Shown here in pieces: positions 39,529-49,289 of a stretch of DNA of 64,000 nt (positions within the stretch are counted from its first letter, which is position 1; each line of letters begins with the position of its first letter). The DNA comes from an uncultured Pseudomonadota bacterium (GTDB lineage Bacteria; Oederibacteriota; Muellerivitia; Muellerivitales; Muellerivitaceae). A model generated the notes under the pieces. The model was not told the DNA's origin, made no database searches, and saw only the letters and a list, made by a program, of their open reading frames with translations. Made by a program: the position numbers and the translations under genes. The DNA is taken from assembly GCA_963836235.1 (NCBI GenBank), contig CAWIIP010000002.1, forward strand, positions 1,472,001-1,536,000. Direction: 5' to 3'.

Positions 39529-40947
39529 ATGGCAAATACCACGGGAAAAGATACTTTTATTGTCTGTCGTAACAGCCAAGGCATGGAATTCCGTGCCACC
39601 CTCCTGAGGCTGACGCGGTACATGGTCGTTTTTGAAGTTTATAATCCTTATAGCATCCTCCAATTGTCCGAAGTTTTAACTGATTTTAAACTCATCATGA
39701 ATGACCGGATTGTTTATTCGGGCCGGGCTGTCGTCAGTAATCTTTTGAATACTGGAATCATGCTCGTTTGCGAAGCCACCTTAGAAGATGCTTGGCTGGA
39801 TGTGGATGTATTTTCTCCAACACAGAAGGGCGACTGGTTAGAGGCCGAATTCGCCGAATTCCTTAAAGAGTGGGAAAAGGTCCGGCAGGTTCAGCCAGAA
39901 TTTAAAGTGATCGTAGCCGATATCCAAACCATGTTGATGGATCTTCGGCGTTGGCTGGAACAAGTGGAATTAAGCATTCGCGCCGAGCCGGGAAGGGACC
40001 GGTTGAAAATGGAAGTTGATATTCTTGAGAACCTGAAGAAACCCGTGATTCCAACCGTGACGTCTATTTTTCAGCAATTTGAAGAAGCCGCCTGTCAGAT
40101 TGAGGAAGACTTGCAGCCAGTACATCGTTCCTACGTCAAACGACAAATCCATTGGTTGATCCTTTGCTCGCCTTTTATCTACCGCACTTTTCAAAAACCC
40201 ATGGGATACGCGGGAGATTATGAAACGGTAGATATGATTTTCCGGCCTCCTCATGAGGGAGGATCGCTTTTCGCCAAAATATTGAACTTGTATATCTTGA
40301 GCCGGGCCCCCGCCGAGGCTCATCGAAACCGAGTGAAGTACATGACGGAACTTTTAAGCCGAGAGACCCGGAGGGTTGCGCTTCAAGGACGAAAGGCCCT
40401 TATTTTTAACTTAGGATGTGGCCCAGCGCGTGAAGTCCGGGATTTTCTGAGGGAAGACGAATTGTGCGAGAAAGCCCGCTTGATCCTGGTGGACTTCAAC
40501 GAGGAAACCCTGATCAATGCCGGTGGCATCTTGGAAAAAACAAAAAAGGAAAACAACCGAAGCACTGAAATTGAGTTAGTTAAAAAATCAGTACACCAAG
40601 TTTTGAAGGAATCACTCAAGGGCTTTGGATCAAATCCCGATGGAAAGTTTGATTTCATTTATTGTGCGGGACTTTTTGACTACCTTTCCGACCGTATTTG
40701 TAAAAGACTTATGACTATTTTTTATCAATCCCTAACGCCAGGAGGGATTGTGGTGGCTACAAATGTGGATCCTTCCAATCCTATCCGATATTTGATGGAT
40801 TACGTATTAGAATGGCACTTGGTTTACCGTGACGCGGCCCAATTTAAGCTTTTAGCCCCGGATGAGGCTCCCCCGGATGCCGTGTTGGTAAAGTCGGAAG
40901 TTACGGGAGTCAATCTCTTTCTCGAAATAAGGAAACCCGAACCATGA
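39529..40947 (+). CDS. PhcB-like SAM-dependent methyltransferase (hydroxy-fatty-acid methyl-ester signal synthase family)
   Basis: KP.GYAGDY, A.AHRNR, NLGCGPA.E, YCAGLFDYL, TNV...NP...M...LEW.L.YR; 472 aa; first gene of a kinase operon. Confidence 0.72.
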   Translation: MANTTGKDTFIVCRNSQGMEFRATLLRLTRYMVVFEVYNPYSILQLSEVLTDFKLIMNDRIVYSGRAVVSNLLNTGIMLVCEATLEDAWLDVDVFSPTQKGDWLEAEFAEFLKEWEKVRQVQPEFKVIVADIQTMLMDLRRWLEQVELSIRAEPGRDRLKMEVDILENLKKPVIPTVTSIFQQFEEAACQIEEDLQPVHRSYVKRQIHWLILCSPFIYRTFQKPMGYAGDYETVDMIFRPPHEGGSLFAKILNLYILSRAPAEAHRNRVKYMTELLSRETRRVALQGRKALIFNLGCGPAREVRDFLREDELCEKARLILVDFNEETLINAGGILEKTKKENNRSTEIELVKKSVHQVLKESLKGFGSNPDGKFDFIYCAGLFDYLSDRICKRLMTIFYQSLTPGGIVVATNVDPSNPIRYLMDYVLEWHLVYRDAAQFKLLAPDEAPPDAVLVKSEVTGVNLFLEIRKPEP

Positions 40948-43580
40948 AATTTTCCGAGTTTTCACCCCTCTTACGAAGCGCCTTTATCAACGAAGAAAGG
41001 CGCGTTCGAATCGCGAATTCCAAGGGAGGGTGCTGGTTAGCCATCGTGCTCATGCCGGCCGGTTACAGTTTGGACGCGGGCCTTTATCCCGAGAAGGCGT
41101 TTCTATTCCTCAAGTTGCGGCTATTGTGCGCCCTTTTGGTTGGTGGCGTGTTGGCGGTTTTTTATACCAATATGGGCCGTCGTTTTTATAAGGTTTTGAG
41201 CCAGGTTTGGTACATCCTTCCACTCATGACCCTTTGTTGGATCATTTACGCCTCTAATGGGTATGCCTGCCCCCATTACTTAGGCCTTTATATCGTCCTT
41301 TTAGCTGTGGGTTTGATGCTTCCTTGGACTTATCAGGAGAATATTTTTGCTGGAGTTCTTGTCACTACCATGTATGTGGTCGCTTGTTGGCTCCATGGCC
41401 CCCATCCTCTCCCGGAAGAATTCAAATCCCATCTCTACTTCTTAATTCTCACCGACATCATCGTGATTACGGGCAGTTACTTCCAGGAACGCATCCGGTT
41501 GAGCGAGTTTGTTTTAAGGTTCGAGCTGAATGAGAACAAGCAAATGCTGGAAGAATCCAACCGCAAACTCGTGGAAGTCGACCAGATCAAAAGCCAGTTT
41601 TTCGCCAATATCAGCCACGAATTACGGACGCCTCTTACCCTTCTGATCGCACCCCTCGAAATGCTCCAATCGGAAAAAGCCCATCTTTTAGATAACGAAG
41701 CCCGTGATGTTTTGAAGACCATGCAAGAAAACGCAATGCGGCTCCTGAAGCTAATCAATGACCTATTAGACCTCGTTAAGTTAGAGTCCGGCCGGGTGGA
41801 AGTCCGTAAAGAGCCTCTGAAAGTCGAGGAGTTTATCAAAGGAGTGATTCTCTCGGTACAAGGTGCCGCCCGAGATAAAAGGGTTCATCTTTCCGCAAAC
41901 ATCGAAAAAGACTTAGGAACGCTCATGGCCGACCGCGATATGCTGGAAAAAATTATCTTGAATCTAGTCTTCAACTCGGTGAAATTCACGCCTGCCCGGG
42001 GAAAAGTCGAGCTTTCGGCAATAGCGGAAGGGAACTTTCTTGTCCTCAAAGTTGTGGATACGGGGATGGGTATTTCGGAACAAGACCTACCACATATCTT
42101 TGACCGCTTCTGGCAGGCGGATGCCTCCGCCCAACGCAAATACCAAGGAACCGGTATCGGTTTATCCCTCGTCAAGGAATTAACCGAAGCACAAGGCGGC
42201 ACGGTTACCGCCGAAAGCCAACTTGGGAAAGGAACAACCATGACCGTGAAAATTCCCATGGAAAAGACGGTTGAAGTTCTAGTTTCGGAATCGCAATTGG
42301 CTGGACAAGAGGATTCCACCCATATTCAATCCGCGGACTGGCTTACCAAACTTTATCGCCGCGCGGAACTTTTCCCAGCTATGACGCCGTTGGCCGCCAC
42401 CCTGCGCCCGAACGAATTTGGAAGGAGAAAAAGGCCGAAAGTTCTCATCGCCGACGACGAGCCGGATATGCTGCGATTTTTGAAAACCCAGATGGAAAAA
42501 TATTATGAAGTTTTAGAGGCGGTGGATGGTAAGCAGGCGGTGGAAAAAGCCCGCCAGTTCCTGCCCGACCTGATTGTCCTCGATATGATGATGCCGGAAA
42601 TGGACGGTATCGAAGCTTGTAAGGAAATCAAGGACTCTACCCCCACCCAAGCCATTCCCGTTATTCTCTTAACGGCCCGGGCTGACGATGAGACCAAGTT
42701 ATCCGCCTTAAACGCGGGAGCGAGCGATTTCCTGACCAAACCCTTTTCCACCACCGAGTTACATGTGCGAGTAAAAAACCTTGTGGAATCTTATCAATAT
42801 CAAAGGGACCTGACCCGGCAAAAAAGTGCACTAGAATCGACACTTGAACAATTAAAAGAAACAGAAGGACAACTGGTCCAAAATGAAAAGATGGCTTCCC
42901 TTGGACGTCTGAGCGCCGGTATCATCCATGAGATCAACAATCCTTTAAATTACGCCCATTCGGCACTCCATGTTTTGAGAATGAAAAAGGACCTTTTACC
43001 CCAGGGGGACCGGGAAAAATACGCCGAGGTCGTGGCCGATATCGAGGATGGGATCGGGCGGGTTCAACGAATTGTCTCGGATTTGAGAACTTTCACCCAC
43101 CCTAAATTCGGCGGGGCGGTGGATCTGGTCGAATTGGAGGAGATTATCACGACAGCCCTGCGTTTTTTAAGCTACGAATTGAAGGACAAGATCAGGGTGG
43201 ATTTAAAAATACAGAAAGACCAACGGGTCTTTGTGGACCGAAACAAACTGATTCAAGTTTTCGTGAATCTCTTCCAAAATTCGGCGGACGCATTGAAGGA
43301 GAAAAAATTTGAAGTAGAGGAACCTCTCTTGGTCATTCAAAGCCGAGAGGCGGACGGCAAGGCCTTGGTGAGCATCCGGGATAACGGGGCCGGAATCGCC
43401 CCGGAAAACCTGGACAAAATTTTCGACCCTTTTTTCACTACCAAAGACGTCGGCCAAGGGATGGGGTTGGGTTTGAGCCTCTGTTACAGGTTAATGGGTG
43501 ATCAAGGAGGAAGTATCGCGGTGAAGAGCGAGCAGGGCAAGTTCACCGAGGTTGATTTGGAGATACCGGCAAAGAAATAG
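40944..43580 (+). CDS. Membrane hybrid sensor kinase: TM-HisKA-HATPase-REC-HisKA-HATPase (PhcS-like)
   Basis: About 6 TM; [10 protein letters not shown] boxes; REC ADDE...D.MMP..DG...KPF; second HEINNPL, DNG.GI, PFFTTK..G.G.GLGL. Confidence 0.9.
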   Translation: MKFSEFSPLLRSAFINEERRVRIANSKGGCWLAIVLMPAGYSLDAGLYPEKAFLFLKLRLLCALLVGGVLAVFYTNMGRRFYKVLSQVWYILPLMTLCWIIYASNGYACPHYLGLYIVLLAVGLMLPWTYQENIFAGVLVTTMYVVACWLHGPHPLPEEFKSHLYFLILTDIIVITGSYFQERIRLSEFVLRFELNENKQMLEESNRKLVEVDQIKSQFFANISHELRTPLTLLIAPLEMLQSEKAHLLDNEARDVLKTMQENAMRLLKLINDLLDLVKLESGRVEVRKEPLKVEEFIKGVILSVQGAARDKRVHLSANIEKDLGTLMADRDMLEKIILNLVFNSVKFTPARGKVELSAIAEGNFLVLKVVDTGMGISEQDLPHIFDRFWQADASAQRKYQGTGIGLSLVKELTEAQGGTVTAESQLGKGTTMTVKIPMEKTVEVLVSESQLAGQEDSTHIQSADWLTKLYRRAELFPAMTPLAATLRPNEFGRRKRPKVLIADDEPDMLRFLKTQMEKYYEVLEAVDGKQAVEKARQFLPDLIVLDMMMPEMDGIEACKEIKDSTPTQAIPVILLTARADDETKLSALNAGASDFLTKPFSTTELHVRVKNLVESYQYQRDLTRQKSALESTLEQLKETEGQLVQNEKMASLGRLSAGIIHEINNPLNYAHSALHVLRMKKDLLPQGDREKYAEVVADIEDGIGRVQRIVSDLRTFTHPKFGGAVDLVELEEIITTALRFLSYELKDKIRVDLKIQKDQRVFVDRNKLIQVFVNLFQNSADALKEKKFEVEEPLLVIQSREADGKALVSIRDNGAGIAPENLDKIFDPFFTTKDVGQGMGLGLSLCYRLMGDQGGSIAVKSEQGKFTEVDLEIPAKK

Positions 43581-43607
43581 AAGATGAGATCTCAAGGAGA
43601 TAAGTTT

Positions 43608-44870
43608 ATGGAAGACTTTTACGATTACAAAAGATTTTATGTTCTTTATGTGGACGATGAGGAAAAATCCCTGAAGTATTTCCGGGAAACTTTTGGGGAT
43701 AAATTCGCCGTCTTGACCGCTCCTAATGCCGAGGAAGGTTTCCGCATCTTAAAGGAAAATCAGGACCGCGTGGCGGTTCTCATGACGGACCAGCGCATGC
43801 CGGGGGAAAAAGGCATCCAGCTTTTGGAAAAGGCCAGGCTATTAAAGCCACGCATCATTCGCGTATTGGTTACCGCTTACTCGGACCTTGAAACGGCCAT
43901 CGAGTCCGTGAACACGGGCGCCATTTATAAATATGTCACTAAACCCTGGGATATCCCTCAATTGGAAGTCACTTTAAAACGCGGAATTGAGTTTTTCATC
44001 GTCCAAAACGAAAGAGACCAGCTTTTACGGGAAAAAATGTCCACGCTTTACAATGTCATGCTGACGGACCGGATATTGAGCCTGGGAATTCTGGCAACAG
44101 GCTTAAGCCATCATATTCGCAACTCCATGGTGGCCGTCAAAACCTTCCTCGACCTCACCCCCAAGAAATTGGAGGAGGAAAATCTCAATTTGGAACAATT
44201 GAGGAACCCGGATTTTTGGAGTGATTATTATAAAAAAGTCCAGAACCAGATGGATAAAGTCGCCCATCTCTTAAGCGATCTTTGGGAGTCCTCCGAACTT
44301 CCGGTCAACGAGTTTCCTGATAAGGTCAAGTTGAATCAATTGTTACCCGAGGTCATCGCCCAGATGAAAACCCATTTAGACCAAAAGGGAATCATCGTGG
44401 AAAACAAGCTTTCCAGCGAGCTACCCGAACTGAAGGTGGACGGTAAAAAATTCCGGCGTCTTTTCGAGATGCTTCTTAAGGAAGAAACCGCGGCTTTGGC
44501 TCCTGGCGGGCGGATAAAATTTACCGCGCAAGTCACAGGCCCCAAGGAAGGGCCCTCTGAGATTCAACTGGAGATGGAAGACAATGGCCCTGAAATGGCC
44601 TCGGACGCCCTGCGTTCCATCTTCGATCCTTTCTTTGTCCGGTCCGGCAATCCCCAGGAGTTCGGTATTTACCTTATGTCTTGTTTTTTCATTGTCTATC
44701 ACCATGGCGGGCGGATTTCAGCGCACCGCGAGGCCAATCGGGGAAATATATTTACTTTGATTTTTCCGGTGAATCCCGCCGTAAAGCGGTCTTCCGTTGA
44801 GGAAAGGGATTTTGTCAGCAAAATCCTGATTAATGAAACCATGTGGGAAAAATTACTTTCCGGAAATTGA
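43608..44870 (+). CDS. Response regulator with N-terminal REC and C-terminal degenerate kinase (PhcR-like)
   Basis: LYVDDE, TDQRMPG, KPW; LSHHIRN H-box; DNG, FDPFF, HHGG. Confidence 0.82.
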   Translation: MEDFYDYKRFYVLYVDDEEKSLKYFRETFGDKFAVLTAPNAEEGFRILKENQDRVAVLMTDQRMPGEKGIQLLEKARLLKPRIIRVLVTAYSDLETAIESVNTGAIYKYVTKPWDIPQLEVTLKRGIEFFIVQNERDQLLREKMSTLYNVMLTDRILSLGILATGLSHHIRNSMVAVKTFLDLTPKKLEEENLNLEQLRNPDFWSDYYKKVQNQMDKVAHLLSDLWESSELPVNEFPDKVKLNQLLPEVIAQMKTHLDQKGIIVENKLSSELPELKVDGKKFRRLFEMLLKEETAALAPGGRIKFTAQVTGPKEGPSEIQLEMEDNGPEMASDALRSIFDPFFVRSGNPQEFGIYLMSCFFIVYHHGGRISAHREANRGNIFTLIFPVNPAVKRSSVEERDFVSKILINETMWEKLLSGN

Positions 44871-44939
44871 AGTCGTGTTCACGCGGGACCCTAAAAATAA
44901 AAACCCTCCCCCTCAATGAAGAGAAGGAGGGCATATTCA

Positions 44940-44971
44940 CCGTTAAAAGCATTGGGCACCGCTTTTAACGG
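44940..44971. terminator. Hairpin between convergent genes
   Basis: CCGTTAAAAGC-N10-GCTTTTAACGG. Confidence 0.5.
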
Positions 44972-44997
44972 AACAACCCTTCTTGTAATAAAAAACT

Positions 44998-47133
44998 CTA
45001 AAGAGTTTGAATCTTTTCATGAATAATTTTGTCCAGCGTTTCCTGCAAAGTCGGATTTTTCTCCCCCATCAAAGATTCAAGAAAACTCCAAACTTCCGGC
45101 TGATTGATCTTGGTCAGAGCCCGGATGGCTTCTAGCCGCACGGGAAGGGAGAAGTTTTTCCCCCGAAACAATGGTTTTTTCCGCGCGATGTCTTGGAGGA
45201 AATCCATGCCTTCCGGAACGGCCAAATCCCCCAAGGCTTGGCATACCGAGGCAAGAAAAATGTCGTTATTTGAGAACCGTCCTTCTCGCATTTTCGACGC
45301 TTTTAAAAGCACCGGAACCCCGGCCGTAAAGTGAATCTTTCCGATCACTCTCGCCGCCATGGCGGCAATTTCCTCCGAATCGTCCAATACCGCCAGCCTC
45401 AGGGCTGGTCCACCCGCTGGGTCACCTACTTCCTCAATCAAACTTAACAGGTCCAACTTTAATTCCCGGCTTCCCCGGGAAAGCCAGGCGGAAAGCAGAA
45501 GCGAAAGTCCCGGGTCCATGCCGCAGACCCTAAGAATCGGCATCAATTGTGGTATTTCGCTTTCATTCTGGATATAGGCCAGCCATTCGGTCAAAGCGGA
45601 CCGGACCGGTCCTTTCATCCCGGCGAACAGTTTTAAGTACCCGCTTTTGTCCGGGGCCGACGAAACGAGGAAATCGTCCAAAAGAATCGGCGCCGCCATT
45701 TCCCCCAGAAGCGGGAAATGGTCAAGCTGTTCCGCCTTGCAGGCGCAAAGGACAAATCGGCGGATGAGGTCGGGCGTGGACCGCTCGAAAAGCCAATGCC
45801 GGGCGATATGCGCCCTTTCCGGGAAAGAGGCTACATCCTCATCGGCGTGAAAGTGAAGGGTGGACAAGAGGGTTAAGGCGGAGTGTTCGTTCCCATCGGC
45901 CATGGCAGGTTCCATCAGGTCCCAAGCCAGCAAAAGGGCCGTTTGGTAAAGCCCGGGCGTTGTTTCTGTTGCTAATAAAGCGTTCAAGTGATCCAGAACT
46001 TTTCGCAGCAAATCGGCCTGCCGCACCCAGGGGCGGGCGTCCATGAGATGGGTCAAGGCCAGTTGTCTTTCGAACGAATTACCGCTCAAATTTTGGGCCA
46101 AGCAATCGACCGTTTTTTCCACCAGTTCCTGTTTTCCATTGGCCCCCCAATAAGCCAGGCACTCATTCACCAGGCCTTCCGTCGCGGGATCCAAAAGGAC
46201 GGCCATCCAGTTGTTCCTGACCGCGAGTTCCAATAGGGGATACATGGACGAAGACACATGGCCTTGCATCAGTTCGCCTTGGGGAGTCCGGAACCACTCG
46301 TAAATATGAGCGAATTCAGGAGAGGATTTTTCCATGCGGTCCAAGAGCCGGTCGAATAATTTATCGAAAGAAAGGGCCAAGCCCGCCATTTCTGGAGAAG
46401 CGTTTAAATTTTTCTTTTGTAATTGGGAATATTGCCATGCTTCGGCCACAAAACTTAAAAGCGCCTCACTGGAACGGACTTCAGTTTCAGGAGATGTCCT
46501 GGTGAAGGCCAAGGAAATATTTTCATCTTTAAGGATTTCCTTCAGGGAGAAAGAAGCGTCCTTCGTTTCATTGAGGGACATGGCCGACAGCGTGGGGAGT
46601 TCCACCGGTGGGATCTCAAAAGGTTTTAAAAAAACGTTTTCTTTTTGAGCGAACAGGTCACTCGGCGCCGCTATCGTTTTTTCTTCCAGAGTTTCCACCT
46701 CTTCCAGGACTTTAACCGCGTCTTCCAATGAAAGGACATGGATACAAGAGGGATCTTTTAGGGATTCCACCGGGCTGGAGACCGGCAGGGAAATTTGTCT
46801 CAACCAAGACGTCAATTCCCCGGCGGTCACTCCATTTATCAATTCAACTCCCCGGATATTCTTGTCCTGGAAAATTTTCAAGAGGTCGTCCAATTCGGAC
46901 AGATCGGAGCCATTGAGCAGAAGCTTGTCCCCTTCCAGGTAGAGGGCTAAGGGACCGAAGGCCAGAAGTAATTTTTGGATATCCTTGTGGCATTTTTGGA
47001 CGGCTTGAACCACAAAGGGGCTGTCACTGGAATAAAAGGAAACGTAACTGAGGGCTGCTTTGAAATCCCTTATCAATTGGGGTAAAGAAATTTGGTGGGC
47101 TTTAGACACAGGCTTCACTTGAATCAGGTTCAT
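44998..47133 (-). CDS. HEAT-repeat-containing protein
   Basis: N-terminal Y...SP.V motif; helical C-terminus A...IGKI, ALG.L, VR..A..AL. Confidence 0.7.
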   Translation of the reverse strand: MNLIQVKPVSKAHQISLPQLIRDFKAALSYVSFYSSDSPFVVQAVQKCHKDIQKLLLAFGPLALYLEGDKLLLNGSDLSELDDLLKIFQDKNIRGVELINGVTAGELTSWLRQISLPVSSPVESLKDPSCIHVLSLEDAVKVLEEVETLEEKTIAAPSDLFAQKENVFLKPFEIPPVELPTLSAMSLNETKDASFSLKEILKDENISLAFTRTSPETEVRSSEALLSFVAEAWQYSQLQKKNLNASPEMAGLALSFDKLFDRLLDRMEKSSPEFAHIYEWFRTPQGELMQGHVSSSMYPLLELAVRNNWMAVLLDPATEGLVNECLAYWGANGKQELVEKTVDCLAQNLSGNSFERQLALTHLMDARPWVRQADLLRKVLDHLNALLATETTPGLYQTALLLAWDLMEPAMADGNEHSALTLLSTLHFHADEDVASFPERAHIARHWLFERSTPDLIRRFVLCACKAEQLDHFPLLGEMAAPILLDDFLVSSAPDKSGYLKLFAGMKGPVRSALTEWLAYIQNESEIPQLMPILRVCGMDPGLSLLLSAWLSRGSRELKLDLLSLIEEVGDPAGGPALRLAVLDDSEEIAAMAARVIGKIHFTAGVPVLLKASKMREGRFSNNDIFLASVCQALGDLAVPEGMDFLQDIARKKPLFRGKNFSLPVRLEAIRALTKINQPEVWSFLESLMGEKNPTLQETLDKIIHEKIQTL

Positions 47134-47534
47134 GGTCTCCTCCGAGGGGGAATAACATCAGAACCGTATTTCAAGCGGTGAATTAATTGGTCGTCATACA
47201 ATCTTCACCTCAAAATTAGCACTGATAGGAAAGCGAAAAATAGTGAAAAAGCTCAGAAAAAGGGAAACTCGTTTTCCCGTTAAAGATGGTTGAATAGCTC
47301 TTTGAAATAGTATTAATCCTGTCGGATGCAAGGATTGGTGGCCCCTCTCCATCCTTCCCACCAGCAAATGGGCTTTTTAGGGCCATTCCGCGGAAAGCGC
47401 CGCATTATTTTTATCGTCTCCGGGTTTTTAATTGGTAAAATGGTTCTGCTCAAAACAGTCTGACCTCTTGATTCGTCCTAATGCCCAAGAGGAAAATAGA
47501 GGCGGGTCAGACTCAACTCGAAGGAGAAATTAAG

Positions 47535-47948
47535 ATGGAACAACGCAAACTAGTTCTGGCTTTATCCCTGTTGGCCGCTACGACTCTGGCGGTCGGTTGC
47601 GGTAACACCAAGCGGATTGAAAGCACTGAAGTGCCGAAAGCGGCTCCCGCCGCCGAGCCGGTTAAGGCCGTCACCTCAGACCATTATATGGTCGCTGATC
47701 ATGACACGCTTTGGAGCATCGCCGGTAAAACGGATATCTATAGTGATAACTTCCAATGGCCCCTCATCTTCAAGGCCAACCGGGACACCATCAAGGATCC
47801 GGATTTGATCTATCCCAAGCAGGACTTTGCGATTCAAAAGGGCCTGTCGGATGAAGAGACTTCCCAAGCGAAGAGTTTGGCCATGAAGACTCCCAAGTAC
47901 GTTCCCCATAGCAAGCCGAGGGAAACCCTGCCGTTGGATTATTTTTGA
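47535..47948 (+). CDS. LysM-domain lipoprotein
   Basis: AVG-C lipobox; Y.V...DTLW.IA....Y.....WP.I..AN...I.DPDLIYP.Q. Confidence 0.92.
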   Translation: MEQRKLVLALSLLAATTLAVGCGNTKRIESTEVPKAAPAAEPVKAVTSDHYMVADHDTLWSIAGKTDIYSDNFQWPLIFKANRDTIKDPDLIYPKQDFAIQKGLSDEETSQAKSLAMKTPKYVPHSKPRETLPLDYF

Positions 47949-47961
47949 TCAAGGTTTTTCC

Positions 47962-47994
47962 AAGCCCGTTCCCGAAAGGGGACGGGCTTTTTTT
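47962..47994 (+). terminator. Rho-independent terminator
   Basis: AAGCCCGTTCCC-GAAA-GGGGACGGGCTT plus T run. Confidence 0.9.
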
Positions 47995-48070
47995 GTTTAT
48001 GGGGATTGAAAAAGGATTTTGAAACACCTGAAGATGGTCATGTCCTAATCATCGCTCTTGGGAGAACTTA

Positions 48071-49051
48071 ATGAAAGCCATTCTGGTTAAGGAATTCGGC
48101 GGGCCGGAAGTATTGATAATGGAAGAAGTTCCCGATTTAAAACCAGGAAAAGGCCAAGTGTTAGTCCGGTTGGAAGCCGCGGGCGTGAATCCCGTGGAGG
48201 CTTATGTCCGTTCGGGCAATTACGCCCGTATCCCGGTTTTACCCTATACACCCGGCGCGGATGGAGCGGGAGTCGTGACGGCCATTGGACGGGGCGTAAA
48301 GAAAATTAAAATCAACGCCCGAGTCTACGTGGAGGGCGCCCTCACCGGAACCTACGCCCAAGCCTGCCTGGCCGACGCGCGAAACGTCCATCCCTTGCCG
48401 TCCTTCACTACTTTCGCCCAAGGCGCGGCACTGGGTGTTCCCTACGGCACGGCCCATCAATCCTTATTCGAAAGGGCGAAAGCCAAAAAGGGCGAGACCC
48501 TTTTGGTGCATGGCGCGTCCGGCGGTGTGGGGGTGGCTTGCGTCCAATTGGCGAGGGCGGCGGGCCTCAAGGTGATCGGCACGGCGGGAACAGAGGAAGG
48601 GTTGGTGCTCATCAAGGAACAGGGAGTCCACCTAGCCCTCAACCACCGGTCGCCGGGTTATTTGGAAGAATTGAAATCCTTTACTGGCGGCAAAGGTGTC
48701 GACGTCATTTTGGAAATGGCCGCCCATGCCAATTTAGTAAAAGACCTACCGCTTCTTGCCAAACATGGCCGGGTGGTGGTGATCGGCTCCCGGGGGCCGG
48801 TGGAGATAAATCCCCGCGACCTGATGGGCCGGGACGCGGCCATCCTCGGCATGACCCTCTTCAACGCGACACCGGAGCAAAGAGTTGAAATCCATAAGGA
48901 CCTGGTGAAAGGATTAAAGGCTAAAAAGTTAAAACCCGTCATCGGTAAGGAATTTCCGCTTGCCGAGGCCGCCCAAGCCCACCAACTGGTGATGGAACCG
49001 GGCGCCTTCGGTAAAATTGTGCTCCTCTGCGATGGAAACCCCCATGGATGA
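48071..49051 (+). CDS. qor: NADPH:quinone reductase (zeta-crystallin/MDR family)
   Basis: FGGPEVL, GVNP, PYTPG.DGAG, LVHGASGGVG, AH......GK.VL. Confidence 0.9.
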   Translation: MKAILVKEFGGPEVLIMEEVPDLKPGKGQVLVRLEAAGVNPVEAYVRSGNYARIPVLPYTPGADGAGVVTAIGRGVKKIKINARVYVEGALTGTYAQACLADARNVHPLPSFTTFAQGAALGVPYGTAHQSLFERAKAKKGETLLVHGASGGVGVACVQLARAAGLKVIGTAGTEEGLVLIKEQGVHLALNHRSPGYLEELKSFTGGKGVDVILEMAAHANLVKDLPLLAKHGRVVVIGSRGPVEINPRDLMGRDAAILGMTLFNATPEQRVEIHKDLVKGLKAKKLKPVIGKEFPLAEAAQAHQLVMEPGAFGKIVLLCDGNPHG

Positions 49052-49259
49052 TAGTTTTAAGGAACAGCTTCAAAAGCAGGCCTTGGAAGCCACGGTCAAG
49101 ACGGTCCAAGAAAAAATCGCCTCCCTGGTTTGTCCGATCCACCAACAAAGCCCCAAGCTAAAGTTCTCGGAGGATTCGGGCCCGGGGGAGAAAAAGATGT
49201 CTTTTGACTGCTGTTGCGATACTTTGTCCCGGATACTTCAAGAAGCCTTGAAGACTTGA
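49044..49259 (+). CDS. Small hypothetical protein with CPxH...CCC
   Basis: Overlaps the qor stop; Cys/His pattern suggests metal binding. Confidence 0.5.
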   Translation: MDDSFKEQLQKQALEATVKTVQEKIASLVCPIHQQSPKLKFSEDSGPGEKKMSFDCCCDTLSRILQEALKT

Positions 49260-49289
49260 GTCGGGTCTTGTTTTTCCCAAATTCTTTTA

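Noticed and set aside
47134-47534. Long intergenic region before the LysM gene as a c-di-AMP/c-di-GMP riboswitch
   Set aside because: Could not match the consensus motifs by eye; an Rfam search would decide
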